Shown here: positions 1-9,528 of the stretch, piece by piece | How positions within the stretch are numbered: the stretch's first letter is position 1 | How the letters are laid out: each line of letters starts with the position of its first letter | Assembly: GCA_037305845.1 (NCBI GenBank) | Contig: CP147778.1 | Coordinates: 2,688,001-2,752,000, forward strand | Length of the DNA stretch: 64,000 nucleotides | Direction of reading: 5' to 3' | DNA from: Candidatus Freyarchaeum deiterrae | GTDB taxonomy: Archaea; Asgardarchaeota; Jordiarchaeia; Jordiarchaeales; Jordiarchaeaceae | Program-made: the position numbers and the translations under genes | The notes under the pieces: generated by a model | Seen by the model: only the letters and a program-made list of their open reading frames with translations | The model's database searches: none | What the model was told of the DNA's origin: nothing

Positions 1-1971
1 ATACAATTTCCAGCTTTCCTCAAAAGATCTTACTGCATCTTCCCTTTTGGTGCTACGCATATGTTCTGGCAGAAGAATTCTTACAGTTACTCCTTTATTT
101 TTGCTGTAAATAGGATGATTAAAGGCTATTCGCCCAAAGCCTTCATCCTTTCTCAGGCCTATGCCCTCTCTTTCTAATTCCATTAGGAGGTTCAGTAACT
201 CATCGTTATTGTTTGAATTTTTTATTTTGAAACCGATGCTTGACCCCGCAGCGATTCCGGCATCTCTCCATTTTGGCAGGCCTAAGAAAGTATTGAAACC
301 ATCTATATTCTTCGACTTATTGTAGGTATTAATTTCTTCTACATCTACACCAAGCAACTTTTTCAACAATTCTTCATCTAGTGCGGTAAGAAATCTTCCC
401 CAGTTATCTACTAAAATAGCATCTGTTATCAAGGTCATTGTGAGAGGCTGTGTTAAATCTATTACTCGTTCCTTTAGGGGTTTTCCAATAAAGATGTTCT
501 CCTGATTCTCTTCTGGTTGTAACCAGCCTTTTACCTTTCCATATCCGCGAGAGGATGCTTTTCCAATACGCAAATCAAAAGTAATGTTTTCATTATTCTC
601 ATTTATCCCCATAAGATTAGCAAAGTTTGCCCAGTCCTTAATCTCTATGCAGCCATTGAAATATTGCCCGGATTCAATAGAGATGTAACTAAACAAATCT
701 CCTTTAATTGTTCTCCCAGTTTCTGGGTCAATGGTAATATGCATTTCTTCTCTAAGCGCAACATCAATCGCTTTCGCTTTCTCATGAATTGGTAAAAATT
801 TATTCAATGGTTCAAGGGGTACTTCAAACCCTTCTTCTACTTCTTTTTCTCCTTTTAAACATATTTCACAGCACTTGGGTTCGTCTATTTCAATGGCATA
901 GCCTTTCACACCGTGTCCATCCTTGTCAAACTCCGGGGAAAGTTTGCAGGTCAAAAGGTCTTGTGGTGAGATTATTGATGGATGGACGTTATCCCCTATT
1001 TTCCATACGGGGTATAGAGGACTTACTTTAACTTCGCCTCTGCGAAAGAGTTTGATAAATTTTTCATAAACGTCTTCTTCGTTCAAATTCCAGTTCTTTG
1101 CTATTTTCCACGCTAGGGCACCAAGAAAGGTGTAACCCGATATATAGATATTAGTATAGTATCTGTTTCCCGACTCGCCCTTATTGGCTATAAGCAAAGG
1201 CTCTTTTGTGAGCAGAATTACCCTAAAACTTTTCTTATGGGTTTTCACTCCCCTAAGTTCGATTTTGGTGGCTTTTTCAGAGAAACCTAATTCCTTATTT
1301 TCTAACCATTTGGTTCTGAAATTTTTAAGAAAATAGTCTTCTATGAAAGTATCTTTTATTTTTTCTAAACCAGGAGTTACATCAGTAAGATGAATTTGAC
1401 AATGTCCTTTACCTCTTCTGCGTGATGAGCCTAAATTTCTTACCACCCTGAAAGCCGCTACAATAAATGATGCTTCTTCTAAAGTTTGCTTATCATTGTA
1501 TTCGTTACTTACTGTAAAAACAAAATTTACTTCCTTACCAGCCGTTTCTTCTCTAAATAGCTTTCTTGCTTCCGCTGTACGCGTTCTTGGACTTACTCTG
1601 TTACGCCAGACTATTTTTTCGGGAGTTACTATTTTTGGATCTTCTATCTTTGCAGAAGAAATGCGCCATCTTTTATCATATGCAGGTGTTCCCAGAATTC
1701 GGCAAACTGGACACATGAAGTTTATATCATCTGCAGCACAATAGGAAACTTTGGAGTTATTTCCTGATCGCTTGCACTTTCTATGTTGTTCCAGTAAAGA
1801 CAATTGCAGTAATTCCCACATCCCTTGTCGAAGGAGCCCACTGAGAGTTGTGCCTCTTATTACAGGAAAACCATCTTTATCTTTCAGGAGAGCGGAATCT
1901 ACATTTCCACTTCCATAACCCGCACCGACATGGTAATCTGATAAAAGATTTATTTTGAATGTAAGTTTCAT
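1..1971 (-). CDS. csx10: Type III-D CRISPR RAMP fusion, Cas7-Cas5 (Csx10-like), possibly continuing into Cas11; runs off the window edge
   Basis: Not in the ORF track; translated by hand from ATG 1971, which overlaps the cas10 stop (ATGA). MKLTFKINLLSDYHVGAGYGSGNVDSALLKDKDGFPVIRGTTLSGLLR; Zn site C..C..CPVC; G-loops LGSSRRRGKG, IGKASSRGYG and GIGLRKDEGFG; open to position 1. Confidence 0.9.
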   Translation of the reverse strand, partial: MKLTFKINLLSDYHVGAGYGSGNVDSALLKDKDGFPVIRGTTLSGLLRQGMWELLQLSLLEQHRKCKRSGNNSKVSYCAADDINFMCPVCRILGTPAYDKRWRISSAKIEDPKIVTPEKIVWRNRVSPRTRTAEARKLFREETAGKEVNFVFTVSNEYNDKQTLEEASFIVAAFRVVRNLGSSRRRGKGHCQIHLTDVTPGLEKIKDTFIEDYFLKNFRTKWLENKELGFSEKATKIELRGVKTHKKSFRVILLTKEPLLIANKGESGNRYYTNIYISGYTFLGALAWKIAKNWNLNEEDVYEKFIKLFRRGEVKVSPLYPVWKIGDNVHPSIISPQDLLTCKLSPEFDKDGHGVKGYAIEIDEPKCCEICLKGEKEVEEGFEVPLEPLNKFLPIHEKAKAIDVALREEMHITIDPETGRTIKGDLFSYISIESGQYFNGCIEIKDWANFANLMGINENNENITFDLRIGKASSRGYGKVKGWLQPEENQENIFIGKPLKERVIDLTQPLTMTLITDAILVDNWGRFLTALDEELLKKLLGVDVEEINTYNKSKNIDGFNTFLGLPKWRDAGIAAGSSIGFKIKNSNNNDELLNLLMELEREGIGLRKDEGFGRIAFNHPIYSKNKGVTVRILLPEHMRSTKREDAVRSFEESWKLY

Positions 1972-3494
1972 TTTTCCTCCTCCTCATATTCCGAAATATC
2001 CTTTTCAAGGTCATAAGCAAAATCCCAAGCACGTAGAAGGTCAGGTAGTTGATGGAAATACTTACCTTCAATCATCAACCAGTTACCTTCAGTTCCACGA
2101 TCCCCAAGTTCTACTAGCGCCTTATTTACAGTCTTTCTTAACTTCTCCTCCAATCTGTCTAAAATAGAGCTTCCTTCGGGTATCCATTCGTTTTTCATTT
2201 CAGCAAAATCTAATTTTTCTGCTCTTAGGAATAGAGTTTCTAATTGTGCTCTTCTCGTTCCGGGTAAGTTCTTCAGTTTATATCTATAATCTATCAATTT
2301 TTCGAGTTCTTTGACTGTATATGCTGTAAAACCTGCAACGAATCTTTTTTCTTCTTCTGGTGCTTTAACAACCTCACTTCCTGTAAGTACAGTAAAGGAG
2401 ACTGTTGAGGATTTTTCTTTTTTTGCCCTTTTCTTAGCCATTTTCAATAGTTCTTCTGCGATTCCATGAGCAGCCAAATAAGGAAACTTACCCTTACAAA
2501 TGACAACAGCTGCTGAAATTGTAGGTGAAAGTTTGGTTTGGAGCTGAATTTCGCTTAAGAATTCTTCCATATTTTTCTCAAATTCCTTAGAAAATCGTAG
2601 AGTGAAATCGAGTGCCCATCGGGCGGGAAGAAGAGCAAAAACATCATCACCACCAAGAATAAGAGGTAAAACCGGAATTAGGGTTGAACTTTTACCTGGT
2701 TTTTGCAGGAACCCATTTTGCTTTTCCAAGAGAATCTTCGTGGGGTTCGCTAATGATCTATGGATCACGTTATCTAAACCTTCAGATAGTTTTCCTAGTT
2801 GCTCAAAATTATTACTTGAATTGAAGATGGTACCCATATTATTACCATCTGCGACAATATAGGCGATATAGTTTCTTGGTTCTAATTCTGCTACTTCATC
2901 CGCATCCTTTCTTGGAAAATCGAGTTCTTGACGCTCCCCATTTTGTATATCCGTTAGAAATTGTCTGGGAAATCTCTTTTTAATATTTTCTCTTGCCTTT
3001 GCTTTCTTCTCACATACTTCACATAGATAATTTTCCTTTTCATCGGGAAATCTACTTTTATAATCAATCGCGATTCCTATACCACAAGATGCGCATATTG
3101 CTATGTATGGCATTTGTTCTACTGATATGGGAAGTTTATCTCTATGTTTCGCTCTTCTCAAATTTGTTTGTGCTTGCTTTATTGCATCTCGGTCGGACGT
3201 AATCTCTACTCGTTGTGCTATAGTTATTGTTCCGCCTAATTCTCTCCTGTAAAATTCAGATAGATATTCTCCAAATTCTTCTGCTTTTTCTTTTGAATCA
3301 AACAAAATTCTGAAGGACCCTCCATCAGAGATAATCTTCGTACCATTTAACTCTTGAATAAGTTGTGGAACTGCGTCCTTACAGAATTCTTCAAGCATTT
3401 GGCTGCCACCAGAGACTTCTCGCAATTTGGATGAACGAAATAGCAAATCCTGTATTTTGTCTGCTTCTGCAATAAAAAGATACTTATTACTCAT
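1968..3494 (-). CDS. cas10: Cas10, type III-D style (no HD domain, intact Palm2 GGDD)
   Basis: N-terminal IQDLLFRSSKLREVSGGS, Zn finger CASC...CEVC, ADGNNMG, LILGGDD, SAAVVICKGKFPY; 508 aa. Confidence 0.93.
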   Translation of the reverse strand: MSNKYLFIAEADKIQDLLFRSSKLREVSGGSQMLEEFCKDAVPQLIQELNGTKIISDGGSFRILFDSKEKAEEFGEYLSEFYRRELGGTITIAQRVEITSDRDAIKQAQTNLRRAKHRDKLPISVEQMPYIAICASCGIGIAIDYKSRFPDEKENYLCEVCEKKAKARENIKKRFPRQFLTDIQNGERQELDFPRKDADEVAELEPRNYIAYIVADGNNMGTIFNSSNNFEQLGKLSEGLDNVIHRSLANPTKILLEKQNGFLQKPGKSSTLIPVLPLILGGDDVFALLPARWALDFTLRFSKEFEKNMEEFLSEIQLQTKLSPTISAAVVICKGKFPYLAAHGIAEELLKMAKKRAKKEKSSTVSFTVLTGSEVVKAPEEEKRFVAGFTAYTVKELEKLIDYRYKLKNLPGTRRAQLETLFLRAEKLDFAEMKNEWIPEGSSILDRLEEKLRKTVNKALVELGDRGTEGNWLMIEGKYFHQLPDLLRAWDFAYDLEKDISEYEEEEK

Positions 3495-5127
3495 TTCTAT
3501 CCACTCTCCGTTTCGGCAAGAAATCTATTCCACATAAATCGCATAATTCCTCCCAGCTCATTGCTTCAAATTTCCAATTAGTAGAAGCAGTTTTAACCCA
3601 GTTTTCTTTAAACTCTTTTAGATTTTTCTCGGCCATAATCACGGCCACATCAGCTATTTCCTTAGAGAAACTTAAACAAAAATGAATTGCCTTGTTTCTA
3701 AGGGTAAAAACATCATCAGGTAAGTTTAATCCTTCAAATTTTATGTTCTCCCAAAATTTATTAAGCTTAAGTGCATTCTCTGACCGATGAGCTTTAACCT
3801 CACCTGTCACTTGTCCATTAATCAGTATACAATAGTCAGGTTTTGATGATATCCATCTAAGTGACTTAATCAAATAAGGTGCACCTGAAAATTCAAGTAT
3901 TTTTCCATCTATTTTGGATAACAAATCTTGGTCTCTATTTTTCATATTTTCTCTATTGAAGATACTCTCATTCATCTCTATAACAAACTGGTTATTAACC
4001 CACAATCTGACCACTCTCGCCTTGAGTAAAAATTCATTCAAGCCAGTAGCACGAAGCAATGCTGAGCGAAAGTCCTCACCGTATTGGATAAGGCTCCTAA
4101 TTTTTGCAAGTTCATCATCAGCGTATACGAGAATCTCCTCGTCTTTAAGATAGATCGATTTCTCTATGTCCCTCAAGCCTTCTATGGAGTCAATACCACT
4201 TTTAAGATCATTTTTATCTGGCCAGATTTTACCTAACTTTTTCACAGCAGTTGGACAATGTTCATCTGATATTCTCTTACTCATTTCTTTAAAATTCCAA
4301 CTGCCTCTATAATCTCCATCAGCCCACAATCCATAAAAATTCAACCATTCCCAAAGAGAATTTATACTTTTTAACGTTTCATCGTCCAAAAAATTTTCAA
4401 TGCCTTCTTCATCTTTCAAAAAGTTTCTGATACTTTCTTTTATCTCCTCAACCAGTCCTTTAGCGCTCCAGAACGCAAACCTTTCATATAATTGCCTTAC
4501 TCTATCCCACTCACGAAGTTTAAAAAGTTCCATAGGATTTTTTAATTCACTAACTTTACAGGTATATCCATAAGGTTTTCCATACCTTTCACTGAATTCA
4601 TCATCTACATAACACACCGGGGTATTAGTATAAGCAGCAAAAAGATACGCGCCTGAAACCATGCTTTTCTTGGCACCCGTGATATCTATAACAACTCGTT
4701 TACCTTCATTAAGAAGTGGCAGAATATGCTTCCTCAGGTATTTAAAGACAGCTTGCGGCGTGTCTTTTACTGTTTCCCATGGACTTGGTGCAACCTCAGG
4801 TTTAACCTCAACTAAATTTTTATCTTTTAATTTATTTACGAGTTCTTTGTACTTATCTCCTCTTGCTGCCCCTCCAAGTTCACCATACCATTCGTTTAAA
4901 ATCAGGATAACCTCTTTTGGTTTATATGCACAAACAGAAATTAAGAGCGGTTCCCAAGAAAACCCTACCAATTGAACAAGAATTTCCGTAGGTTCAAGGG
5001 TTATTTTAGAGTGTTCTCTCCTATAATCTAATTCTTTGGGCAAAAGCCTTTGAATATATTCTTCCACATCCCATCGTTCAAACCAGTACTGTTCAGTTAA
5101 CTCCCTCAATTCATTATCATTCATCAT
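3487..5127 (-). CDS. CARF-HEPN ancillary ribonuclease (Csm6/Csx1-like)
   Basis: CARF motifs LVGFSWEPL and IDITGAKKSM; C-terminal HEPN R-x4-H motif (RNKAIH); overlaps the cas10 start. Confidence 0.85.
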   Translation of the reverse strand: MMNDNELRELTEQYWFERWDVEEYIQRLLPKELDYRREHSKITLEPTEILVQLVGFSWEPLLISVCAYKPKEVILILNEWYGELGGAARGDKYKELVNKLKDKNLVEVKPEVAPSPWETVKDTPQAVFKYLRKHILPLLNEGKRVVIDITGAKKSMVSGAYLFAAYTNTPVCYVDDEFSERYGKPYGYTCKVSELKNPMELFKLREWDRVRQLYERFAFWSAKGLVEEIKESIRNFLKDEEGIENFLDDETLKSINSLWEWLNFYGLWADGDYRGSWNFKEMSKRISDEHCPTAVKKLGKIWPDKNDLKSGIDSIEGLRDIEKSIYLKDEEILVYADDELAKIRSLIQYGEDFRSALLRATGLNEFLLKARVVRLWVNNQFVIEMNESIFNRENMKNRDQDLLSKIDGKILEFSGAPYLIKSLRWISSKPDYCILINGQVTGEVKAHRSENALKLNKFWENIKFEGLNLPDDVFTLRNKAIHFCLSFSKEIADVAVIMAEKNLKEFKENWVKTASTNWKFEAMSWEELCDLCGIDFLPKRRVDRNE

Positions 5128-5140
5128 TCATCCTCCCTCA

Positions 5141-5422
5141 CTATCCTCTCCTAGAATCTTTTCCCCAGCCGTGAAGTATGGAGGCAGATCCAATAAATCG
5201 AATTAAATCTTCTCCTGCAATCTTTTCCCACACTTCCTCAGAAGGCTTCCCTCTCATCATAAGCTCCTTTACCATAGCAACCATTATTCCCGCTATGAGA
5301 ATCAAATGATCGTAAAGGCTTACTTTTGAAATTCTAGTGTCAGCAAGCACACAGCCTCTATTTTTTAAATCATTTATGAGTTTGTTAATTTTGGAAAAAA
5401 TTTGGTATATTGTTTCGCTCAT
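5141..5422 (-). pseudogene. Truncated CRISPR-type HD nuclease fragment
   Basis: LADTRISKVSLYDHL and LHGWGK (HD motif LHDxGK with D>G); stops a few codons later; 93 aa. Confidence 0.6.
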
Positions 5423-5687
5423 TTTTTTAGTCCTCGCACAGCTTTTATTTCCCTTCCCTATATGGCTTTTTTACGGGGATAAGTGTGTTATACCTCTTTT
5501 AGGGCATGAGGCTCGACTTGCATTTAGAATATATTTTTATTTTGTCATTCACCCTTATAAAGTTAGATGTTTTATGGAAGCTGTGGGATGATTACAGATT
5601 TCATCGAGTCCCCAAAATCGACACCTGTTCCAAATGTAAACGTTTAGTCCGTCAGAAAAAATCTACATAATAGGATATATTAAGCTA

Positions 5688-5725
5688 TTTCGAACAGTGT
5701 TCAAAAAATTTCAATTTTTTCGAAC
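5688..5725. promoter_or_regulatory. Imperfect palindrome TTTCGAACA-G-TGTTCAAAA plus a second TTTCGAAC half-site; candidate operator
   Basis: 8/9 inverted match at 5688-5706; half-site repeated 30 bp downstream at 5718-5725; lies just 3' of an AT-rich TATA-like box in the divergent cas / wHTH-CARF intergenic region. Confidence 0.4.
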
Positions 5726-5782
5726 TTGGGTAACACGGTCCACTTTTGTGGGAGTTTGAATTAAAGGGATGGGAAAGAAGCT

Positions 5783-6457
5783 GTGAGGATTATTGACTAC
5801 AAGTCTGTTCTTGGAAGAAGGAAAACGCGGTCTATTTTAGAGGTGGTGGCTCGTGCAGGTGGGGAGATCAGGTTTAGTGAGCTTTGTCGGGCTGCTGATA
5901 TTTCCAAGTCTACTCTTGACTACAACTTGACTATTCTTGCTAGTAACGGGATTATTACGCGTGATAGAGGCTTGATTAGGCTGGAGTATAAGACTCCTCT
6001 GTGTTACATTTTTGATTCTCCAAGGACAAGGGCTTCTTACGCTTATCTCGGTCTTTTGGGTGAGAGGAGTGGCAGGAGCGAGTCTGAAACTGAGACTGCT
6101 ATCAACCTGCTTGGAGAGGAGGGCTTCGTGTTCAGTAGGGTGGCGGTTGTTACCACGCACAGGTGTGCTGCGGAGTGGGAAGGAGTGGCTCCGGGCAGTG
6201 TTGACTGGTTTCTGTTAAAGGACGAAGAGATAAGTTTGGTGGAAGTTATAGAGGCGAGGGTTGAAGCGAGTCTCTCTGATTTGTTGAGGAACTATGTTTT
6301 GATAATGGACTGCACTTCTGCTACTAAGCCCGCGACCATAGCCTACTATAGACTGGCGACGAGGCATAAAATTCCCTTGGTTTACGTTTATGAGAAGAAA
6401 AAAGAACTCACATGGATCATATCGAGGGAAGACCTACGTGGGGAATTGGTGGGATAA
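5783..6457 (+). CDS. wHTH-CARF protein (Csa3-like regulator with reversed domain order)
   Basis: N-terminal ArsR-like wHTH (IRFSELCRAADISKSTLDYNLTILASNGII); C-terminal CARF (YLGLLG, MDCTSATKPATIAYY, IPLVYV). Confidence 0.8.
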   Translation: MRIIDYKSVLGRRKTRSILEVVARAGGEIRFSELCRAADISKSTLDYNLTILASNGIITRDRGLIRLEYKTPLCYIFDSPRTRASYAYLGLLGERSGRSESETETAINLLGEEGFVFSRVAVVTTHRCAAEWEGVAPGSVDWFLLKDEEISLVEVIEARVEASLSDLLRNYVLIMDCTSATKPATIAYYRLATRHKIPLVYVYEKKKELTWIISREDLRGELVG

Positions 6458-6459
6458 TT

Positions 6460-6604
6460 AGCAGGAGTTCGAATGCTGTTATGCTGGTTACGTATTGTCT
6501 GTCCTTTTCCTCCAATTGTTAAAGGCCGACTTTCCTGGTTCTCTGCCTCTGAGGTAATCTACTATTATGTCTGTGTCGACGCATACCGCATTTATAGTTT
6601 CCAT
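6460..6604 (-). pseudogene. vapC: VapC/PIN toxin N-terminal remnant
   Basis: ATG 6604: METINAVCVDTDIIVDYLRG..., then a frameshift to YVTSITAFELL; truncated against the convergent CARF gene. Confidence 0.7.
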
Positions 6605-6818
6605 TTTTCCACAGCCCATCCACATCTTTCATTATGTTGTCCATTTCCTCGTCCCATGCGCCGGTTAAGTCCTCGAGGGGTATTATCTTCTTCAGAACAG
6701 CTTCTCCCCCACCAGAAACTTCAATTGACATGTAATCACCCTCTTTTATTTCAAGCTCTTTGCGAACGCTTTCGGGTATTGTGATCTGGTAGTTTCTCGT
6801 GCCTTTCACCTTAGCCAA
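6519..6818 (-). CDS. AbrB/MazE/SpoVT-family antitoxin; C-terminus probably frameshift-extended
   Basis: TRNYQITIPESVRKELEIKEGD AbrB signature; one extra A in the run near 6605-6608 would give a natural ...LWKKWKL* end overlapping the VapC start. Confidence 0.85.
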   Translation of the reverse strand: MAKVKGTRNYQITIPESVRKELEIKEGDYMSIEVSGGGEAVLKKIIPLEDLTGAWDEEMDNIMKDVDGLWKNGNYKCGMRRHRHNSRLPQRQRTRKVGL

Positions 6819-7026
6819 GTGGCTTCCCCCTAAAATATTTTATTCCTAGTAAAATATTAAATTCTAATATAAAAAGAATTTCTAGCACTAGCACAACCAG
6901 CCGGGGAGGGTAGTGAGATTTTGTTCTCTTTCTATCTTATCCGTTTCCAAGAAGTATTTAAACGGTGGTATGAGGTTGTTTTATCTGTTGTTTTTTGGTG
7001 TTTCTGTGGGTTTAATTGAGGGGCGG

Positions 7027-7842
7027 TTAAGGGTTTTCGGGGATTGTTTGTTGTGGTGGTTTTGTTTTTTGGTGTTCTATTTTTTGGGTGGCTCCCATTC
7101 CGGTGGTTCTTTTGGCTCCGGTGTTGGCTGTGGTTGCGTACCGTGTGAGTATGTTTATCCAAGGTGCGTATTCATCTGTGCTGTTTAGGAGGTATTCCAG
7201 GGTTCCTGTGAATCCTGCGAGTTTTACCTGTTTTCCTATGTCTATCTCTCTGGTTTGTAGGCTGTATTTGCGTATGTAGACGTTTTTTTCTATCCAATCG
7301 TGTAGTTGCTGGGTGTCTACCTGTACTTGTGGTGGTGCGTTTTGGTTCCATAGTCGGGCTAGGTTTCCGTACACGTACCTTGGATCTGGGAATAGTAGGG
7401 GGAAGTCTCTTCCTATTATTGGGAGCTGGGTGGGTGAGTGGAACCTTATGGTTATTACGGGTTCTGGTTGGGCGGTTTTCACCAGTTCTTCGTGTGTTGT
7501 TCTCTTGAGTTCTATTCTTACGGGTGTGAAAAGGGTTTCTGCGAGTTTGATTTCCGGCCTGCCTTCTAGGATTTTTTGGAAGGCTTTTTCTCCTATGTTG
7601 TCTTGTAGAAAGCCGGCGTGGAATCTTACGTGTTCTCCGGGCTGTATCCACCAGAGGTTTTCGCGTATGTTTCTCTGGTGGGCTACGGGTGCGGCGGGTG
7701 TGACGCTGTAGGGTCTCTGCTGGTGGGGTTCGTGGAGTTTTTGGGCTAGATCGGGGTCGGCGTTTTTGATTAGGTTCAGTAGGGCTCCTCTTATGAGGTG
7801 TCCGGTAAAGGGGTTCACTCTTCCGGAGTCTGTGGCAACCAT
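7027..7842 (-). CDS. cas6: CRISPR precrRNA endoribonuclease Cas6
   Basis: RPYSVTP, IRFHSPT, LFPDP, GFTG and C-terminal G-loop GAKRTTGMG; the frame stays open upstream (IDLWIE) to at least 7860. Confidence 0.92.
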   Translation of the reverse strand: MVATDSGRVNPFTGHLIRGALLNLIKNADPDLAQKLHEPHQQRPYSVTPAAPVAHQRNIRENLWWIQPGEHVRFHAGFLQDNIGEKAFQKILEGRPEIKLAETLFTPVRIELKRTTHEELVKTAQPEPVITIRFHSPTQLPIIGRDFPLLFPDPRYVYGNLARLWNQNAPPQVQVDTQQLHDWIEKNVYIRKYSLQTREIDIGKQVKLAGFTGTLEYLLNSTDEYAPWINILTRYATTANTGAKRTTGMGATQKIEHQKTKPPQQTIPENP

Positions 7843-8007
7843 TTCTATCCAGAGGTCTATCGTCTTCCTTCTCCCTCCATGATTTGTCTCATAAAAAATC
7901 AGTACTAAAATTATACCCCTCTTTTCTTTTATTTTCTTTGGTATTCTGTACTTGATTTACTTCTTATCTTTCCAATACCTTTTCTGCGTTTATCACATTG
8001 CATTGCG

Positions 8008-8672
8008 TCATATCATGACATGTTTTCTTCTCCTCTGGTCGATTATGGGAAGCCCCCTCTTGACTACTTTAGTTGCTCCCGATGCCTTTTCTTTTGTGGA
8101 TTCCAAGAGTTCCGCGGCACGATCACAGTACCGCCTATAAACGTTGAGGTCGCGTTGCATGGTTTCCAAGTCTGATTCCCTTAACTTCTGAGCTTCTCTC
8201 AGGGCGTTTGCGAGGTTTTCTACGGCTTCAAGGAGTTTTTCCGCACTCTTTGAACTTCTCGACGCTGCTTTCGCCTCAGCAAGATATTTCCGTACCTCAG
8301 CTTCAGCCTCCTGCTCCTTGAAAGTAATCGTGTAGAACGAACGGTAAAACGGAAGACAGAATCTGGCAGGGTTAAAAAAGTCGCCTCAATTGATGACTTT
8401 TCAAAAAATCCCAGAGCCTTTTCCAATTCTCTCCTGAAACCCTCTTCACTTTCCGCCTCAGTTGCCCTAAAAATAGACGCCCTGCCCAGAGAATGATTCG
8501 CAGACACCCTCACATCGCTGTCTTTGTCCCTTGTTAGTCTGTGTAGGTCTTCCCATGCTTGTTCCTTGTCTGGGAGGACTGCAAAATTGTCGCGGATTAG
8601 AATTGTTGCCTTTCTGCGTTCTTTGATTTTTCTGCTTTTGGTTTTTCTATGAATCTCGTCCTGACTTACCAA
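8008..8672 (-). pseudogene. HEAT-repeat protein pseudogene (frameshifted, internally deleted)
   Basis: One HEAT unit (PDKEQAWEDLHRLTRDKDSDVRVSANHSLG); after a frameshift in the A-run near 8373-8378 the protein continues NPARFCLPFYRSF...YRRYCDRAAELL...RGLPIID to a stop at 8008. Confidence 0.75.
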
Positions 8673-8818
8673 CCCTCTGCACCATTCATTCTAATAAAGT
8701 CTTAAACTTAATTTTTTCCACCATAGATTCGGCATTAGTTTAAGGAAAGGAATACTTGACTCGAAAATGGAAAAGAAGAAGCTCAAAAATGTAAACCTTT
8801 TAACTTTCTAAGTGGGAA

Positions 8819-9016
8819 CTACTTTTCCAGTAGCCCGTTTATGTTCCTCAACATTTTTACGACTTGTTTCCCCTTCTCCATCAAAGAGACTATGCGTCTT
8901 GGGAGATTCGTTAACCGCTCCTCATCCACCAGCCCCAGCTCTTTAAGTATGGGTATAGCGCGGTATTGGGCGGGTTGGCTGATGTAGCCCTTGTTCTCAT
9001 AGATAATCTCCCTCAT
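8819..9016 (-). CDS. Small winged-helix DNA-binding protein (possibly 5'-truncated)
   Basis: YRAIPILKELGLVDEER...RRIVSLMEKGKQV wHTH wing pattern; in-frame upstream LLGIAERGEAN lacks a clear start. Confidence 0.65.
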   Translation of the reverse strand: MREIIYENKGYISQPAQYRAIPILKELGLVDEERLTNLPRRIVSLMEKGKQVVKMLRNINGLLEK

Positions 9017-9528
9017 GTTCGCTTCTCCACGCTCCGCTATTCCTAATAGTGATTGGTGCGAATCATCTACTCAATTTGAGATTTTGGAAAAATATACAAA
9101 ACTATGTAATTTTTTGGGGAATTTTTACATATTTTTTACAACGACAGTTCCACAACGGATAACCCGCCCTCTTACACTGGAAAAAAGGAACCTCATAAAA
9201 CTCTAAAATGAAAACCAAAAAATAAAAAACCAGATAAATGGATAAAAACAGAAAAAACGCCAAAAGTAATGAAAAAAAGGCTTTAAAAACCTCCAAATCA
9301 AACAAAAACTCCCCAAAAAAACAGGCACACGCCTTTATAAAGGAAAACGTCACCAGAAAACCACTTGGATGCGGCGCAAAATCACCACAATAGTCTTTCT
9401 CACGCAATAACAAAAATCAAATCAAAAAAAATTGTAAAAACAGCGCCGCACCCACAAACAAACAAACAAACGTGTGAATCAAAAAATTGGTTATCCGAAA
9501 CCCAAAAAATGGAGGGAGGTGAACCCTT

